Of a stretch of DNA of 64,000 bases, positions 60,601 to 64,000 are shown piece after piece (the first letter of the stretch is position 1; each line of letters opens with the position of its first letter). The translations under genes and the position numbers were made by a program. The DNA is taken from the NCBI GenBank assembly GCA_040289515.1, contig PSLI01000002.1, positions 1 to 64,000 of the forward strand, in the 5' to 3' direction. The notes under the pieces are model-generated. The model ran no database searches. It worked only from the letters and a program-made list of their open reading frames with translations, and had not been told where the DNA came from. This DNA comes from Candidatus Sysuimicrobiota bacterium. Lineage in GTDB: Bacteria; Sysuimicrobiota; Sysuimicrobiia; Sysuimicrobiales; Sysuimicrobiaceae.

Positions 60601-62511
60601 GTGACGCTGGCGGGGTCGGTGCTGGCGGGACGCTACGAGCTGTTGGAGCCTGTCGGCCAGGGCGGAATGGCCACCGTGTACCGCGCCCGCCGCCTGCCGG
60701 ACGGGAAGGTGGTGGCGGTCAAGGTTCTGCGGGAGCCATACAGCCACGACCGGGAGTTCGTGGAGCGGTTTCAGCGAGAGGCGGAGGCGGCCGCGTCCTT
60801 GGACCACCCGCACGTGGTGGCGGTCCTGGACAGCGGGGAGCAGGCCGGCGTGCGCTTCCTCGTGATGGAGTACGTGGAGGGGGAGGATCTGAAGTCCCTT
60901 CTGCGGCGGTCCGGGCCCCTGTCGCCCGAGAAGGCCGCCCCCATCGCTGCCGCGGTGTGCGACGCCCTCCAGTATGCCCACGCCCGCGGGATCGTGCACC
61001 GCGACGTCAAGCCGCAGAACATCCTGCTCACGCCCACGGGGAGCGTGAAGGTGGCGGACTTCGGCATCGCCCGCGCCCTGAGCTCCGCCACCATCACGGA
61101 GACGGGGACCGTTTTGGGTTCGGTGCACTACCTGTCGCCCGAGCAGGCGCGCGGAGAGGCCGCCACCGCCGCCTCTGACCTGTACGCCCTGGGTGTGGTG
61201 CTGTACGAGATGCTCACGGGCCGTCTGCCCTTCGACGGGGAGAGCCCCATCGCGGTGGTGCTGAAGCACCTGTACGAGGAGCCCCCTTCTGTGCGGGAGG
61301 TGAACCCGGCGGTGCCCGCGTGGCTGGAGGGGGTGGTGCGGCGGGCCATGGCGAAGCGTCCGGAGGACCGGTATCCTTCCGCGGCGCACATGCGCGCGGA
61401 CCTGCAGGGCCAGGCCGACCACTGGCGCCAGGGTCGCACGGTAGTTTTGGGAGGGCCTCCGCAGCGCCGCGTCCGGCGGAGGGGGCCTTCCGCGGCAGCC
61501 GTGGCGGCGGCGGTGCTGGTGGGGCTCGCTGCAGCCATGGCGGCGGGCTGGCAAGCCCTGCAGGTGTACGTGAACGTGGGAGAGGTAACATTACCCGACC
61601 TGCGGGGCCGCAGTTTCACCGAGGCGCAGGCGGTGGTCGCGGACCTGCGGCTGCACCTGGTGGTGGCAGGGCGACAGTACCACGACCGCTACCCTGCCGG
61701 CACGGTGGTGGACCAAGATCCTCCTCCCGGACGCAGGGTGCGGGAAGGCCGCTGGGTGTCGGTGGTGCTGAGCCAGGGGACCGAGCGGGTGGTGGTTCCC
61801 GACGTGACCCGCAAGCTGCTGCCGGAGGCCACGTTGCTGCTGGAGCAGAGCCGGCTACGGGTGGGCTCCGTGCGGGAGGACTTCGACGACCAGGTGCCCC
61901 GCGGCACGGTGGTGATGCAGCAGCCGGCCCCGGGGTCGGAGGTAACCCGGGGTGCCGCGGTCGACCTGGTGGTGAGCAAGGGGCCGGAGCTCGTGACGGT
62001 TCCGCAGCTGGTTGGTCTCACTCTGGAACAGGCCCGCGCGGAGCTACACCGGTTGGGTCTCAGCCTGGAGCAGGTGGGCTACGTGGCGCGCGCGGATGTA
62101 CCTCCGGACGTGGTGGTGGAACAAGCCCCTCCCGCGGGTTCCCGGGTCCGCCGCACACAGCGGCTCGGGGTCGTGGTGGCCGTCCGCCTACGGGAGGAAG
62201 CAACCCCGCGCCCCTTGATCTCCCCGCCCGCGCAGCCTGCCCCGTCGCCTGCTCACACCTCCCCCCGCGTACAGACCACCACGGAGCCGGTGAGCGGGTC
62301 GGTCCGCAGGGTCCGGCTGGAGGTCACCCTGCCGCCGGGGGACGAGGAGGAGGAAGTACGCGTGGTGGTGATCGACAACCGGGGCGTGCGGGTGGTGTAC
62401 CGGCAGGTGCACCCGCCGGGCGACCGGGTGGTGCAAACGGTGGAGGTGGAGGGCTACGCCATCGTGCAGGTGTACTTCGGAACCCGTCTCGTCCAGGAGG
62501 TGCGACCGTGA
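60601..62511 (+). CDS. pknB: PASTA-domain Ser/Thr kinase (PknB/PrkC)
   Basis: GQGGMA, VAVK, HRDVKPQN, DFGIA, YLSPEQ, TM, three PASTA repeats. Confidence 0.95.
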   Translation: MTLAGSVLAGRYELLEPVGQGGMATVYRARRLPDGKVVAVKVLREPYSHDREFVERFQREAEAAASLDHPHVVAVLDSGEQAGVRFLVMEYVEGEDLKSLLRRSGPLSPEKAAPIAAAVCDALQYAHARGIVHRDVKPQNILLTPTGSVKVADFGIARALSSATITETGTVLGSVHYLSPEQARGEAATAASDLYALGVVLYEMLTGRLPFDGESPIAVVLKHLYEEPPSVREVNPAVPAWLEGVVRRAMAKRPEDRYPSAAHMRADLQGQADHWRQGRTVVLGGPPQRRVRRRGPSAAAVAAAVLVGLAAAMAAGWQALQVYVNVGEVTLPDLRGRSFTEAQAVVADLRLHLVVAGRQYHDRYPAGTVVDQDPPPGRRVREGRWVSVVLSQGTERVVVPDVTRKLLPEATLLLEQSRLRVGSVREDFDDQVPRGTVVMQQPAPGSEVTRGAAVDLVVSKGPELVTVPQLVGLTLEQARAELHRLGLSLEQVGYVARADVPPDVVVEQAPPAGSRVRRTQRLGVVVAVRLREEATPRPLISPPAQPAPSPAHTSPRVQTTTEPVSGSVRRVRLEVTLPPGDEEEEVRVVVIDNRGVRVVYRQVHPPGDRVVQTVEVEGYAIVQVYFGTRLVQEVRP

Positions 62512-63182
62512 TCCGCCTGGCACCGTCTGTGCTATCCGCTGACTTCGCGCATCTGGCCGACCAGGTGGCGGAGGCGGAGGAAGGGGGCGCAGACTGGATC
62601 CACGTGGATGTCATGGATGGGCGCTTCGTGCCCAACCTCACCGTGGGCCCGTTGGTGGTGGAGGCCATCCGCCGCTGCACCAGGCTGCCCCTGGACGTGC
62701 ACCTCATGGTGCAGGACCCCGACCTCCTGCTGCAGGCATTCCGGGCCGCGGGAGCGGACCGTCTGTCGGTACACGTGGAAGTGTGTCCTCACCTCCACCG
62801 TACCCTGTCCCGCATCCGGGAACTGGGTGCCGCCCCCGGCGTGGCCCTCAATCCCCACACGCCACCCGAAGCGGTGGAATGGGTGCTGGATGAGGTGGAC
62901 ACGGTGGTGGTGATGACGGTCGACCCCGGGTTCGGTGGCCAGGAGTTCCTGCCCGGCATGCTGCGCAAGGTGCAGCAACTGGCCCGCCGCAAGAAGGAGC
63001 GGCACCTGCACTTCGAGCTGGAGGTGGATGGGGGGGTGGACGTGGATACGGGCATGCAGGCCGCGCAGGCGGGGGCCACGGTCCTGGTCGCCGGGCACTT
63101 CGTGTACCGCAACCCCAAGGGGGTGGCCGCGGCCCTCCACGCTCTGCGGCAGGCCGTTTCTTTCGGGCTTGCGCGCACGTGA
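62508..63182 (+). CDS. rpe: Ribulose-phosphate 3-epimerase
   Basis: APSVLSAD, HVDVMDG, DVHLM, PGFGGQ, VDGG. Confidence 0.97.
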   Translation: MIRLAPSVLSADFAHLADQVAEAEEGGADWIHVDVMDGRFVPNLTVGPLVVEAIRRCTRLPLDVHLMVQDPDLLLQAFRAAGADRLSVHVEVCPHLHRTLSRIRELGAAPGVALNPHTPPEAVEWVLDEVDTVVVMTVDPGFGGQEFLPGMLRKVQQLARRKKERHLHFELEVDGGVDVDTGMQAAQAGATVLVAGHFVYRNPKGVAAALHALRQAVSFGLART

Positions 63183-64000
63183 GCATCCTGCTCCTGTACC
63201 ACCGGGACTGCCTCCTGCACGCCCCGCCGCGGCCGCACCCCGAGAAGCCCGAGCGGCTGCAGGCGGTACGGGAGGCGTTGGAGCGGGCGGAGCTGTGGGA
63301 CCAGCTCCCCCACGAGGAGCCGGCTCCCACCCCGTGGGAGCTGCTGGAGCTGGTGCATCCCCGCAGCTACCTGGACCAGGTGCGCCGCGCCAGCCGGGCG
63401 CCGGGGGTGTGGCTGGACCCCGACACCTACGCGGCGGAGGGGACCTGGCAAGCGGTGGTGGCCGCCACCGGAGCCGCGGTGCGGGCCGTGGAGGCGGTGG
63501 TGCGGGGTCCTCACACCAGCGCGTTCGCCCTCGTGCGGCCGCCCGGCCACCACGCGGGGCCTAGTCGGGCCATGGGGTTCTGCCTGGTGAACCACATCGC
63601 GGTGGCAGCCCATTACGCCCGGGAGCACCTGCACATCGAAAGAACCATGGTGGTGGACTGGGATGTGCACCACGGCAACGGCACGCAGGAGGTGTTCTAC
63701 CGCGATGGGGGCGTGCTGTTCGTCTCCCTACACCAGGAGGGCTGGTACCCTGGCACCGGTGCGGTGGAGGAGACGGGTGCGGGCGAGGGGGAGGGGCTGA
63801 CGGTGAACGTACCCCTGCCCCCGGGCGTGGGGGACGAAGGGTACCGGTCCGTGTTCGAGGAGGTTGTCCTGCCCCTGGGGGACGCGTGGAAGCCGGAGCT
63901 GGTGCTGGTTTCCGCAGGTTTCGACGCGCACCACTCCGACCCCCTGGGCCGCATGGCACTCACCCCGGCCGGGTTCGCCCGTTTGGCGGGTATGCTCCGG
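63179..64000 (+). CDS. Histone deacetylase family (Zn-dependent deacylase), 3'-truncated by window edge
   Basis: HPEKPERL, RPPGHHA, GFC, DWDVHHGNGTQ, SAGFDAH. Confidence 0.93.
   Translation, partial: MSILLLYHRDCLLHAPPRPHPEKPERLQAVREALERAELWDQLPHEEPAPTPWELLELVHPRSYLDQVRRASRAPGVWLDPDTYAAEGTWQAVVAATGAAVRAVEAVVRGPHTSAFALVRPPGHHAGPSRAMGFCLVNHIAVAAHYAREHLHIERTMVVDWDVHHGNGTQEVFYRDGGVLFVSLHQEGWYPGTGAVEETGAGEGEGLTVNVPLPPGVGDEGYRSVFEEVVLPLGDAWKPELVLVSAGFDAHHSDPLGRMALTPAGFARLAGMLR

Noticed and set aside
61590..62190. Repeated sequence units in the kinase gene
   Set aside because: Ordinary PASTA domain repeats, not a DNA repeat array

Overview
High-GC bacterial chromosomal window, almost entirely on the + strand and mostly housekeeping. 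I see no mobile element, prophage or CRISPR array. Gene order and RNA regulators are Terrabacteria/Bacillota-like (T-box, PyrR attenuator, yloC-remA...priA-def-fmt-rsmB-rlmN...kinase-rpe), yet the window starts with a probable outer-membrane beta-barrel gene, which suggests a diderm Terrabacteria lineage (inference). Contents in order: PyrR-attenuated pyrBCDFE; hpt-guaB3-guaA-pcrA; peptide ABC transporter; GT39 glycosyltransferase divergent from an adenosine-deaminase-family gene; TetR-menFDBAE; osmC; sufCBD-Rieske-sufSU with an IscR/Rrf2-like operator; tandem tRNA-Leu/tRNA-Val; T-box-ileS; racemase, dksA-like, lspA, lgt-like, rluD, pyrR; rqcH; and the yloC...rpe super-operon. Most striking observation: an intact, translationally coupled FHA-FHA-SEDS-bPBP-PASTA-kinase module in which the SEDS protein (HTDF->HTTF), the class B PBP (all three motifs SxxK, SxN, KTG lost) and the membrane FHA protein lack their catalytic or binding residues, while the kinase and first FHA domain are intact. 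This may be a pseudo-enzyme envelope signalling or scaffold system. Also notable: type-2 IleRS with the GxHH motif, an archaeal-type CMP kinase plus stand-alone CoaC where gmk-rpoZ-coaBC normally sits, a degenerate Lgt paralogue, and a 57-aa ORF missed by the ORF track. All family calls come from motif recognition by eye; no database search was run.
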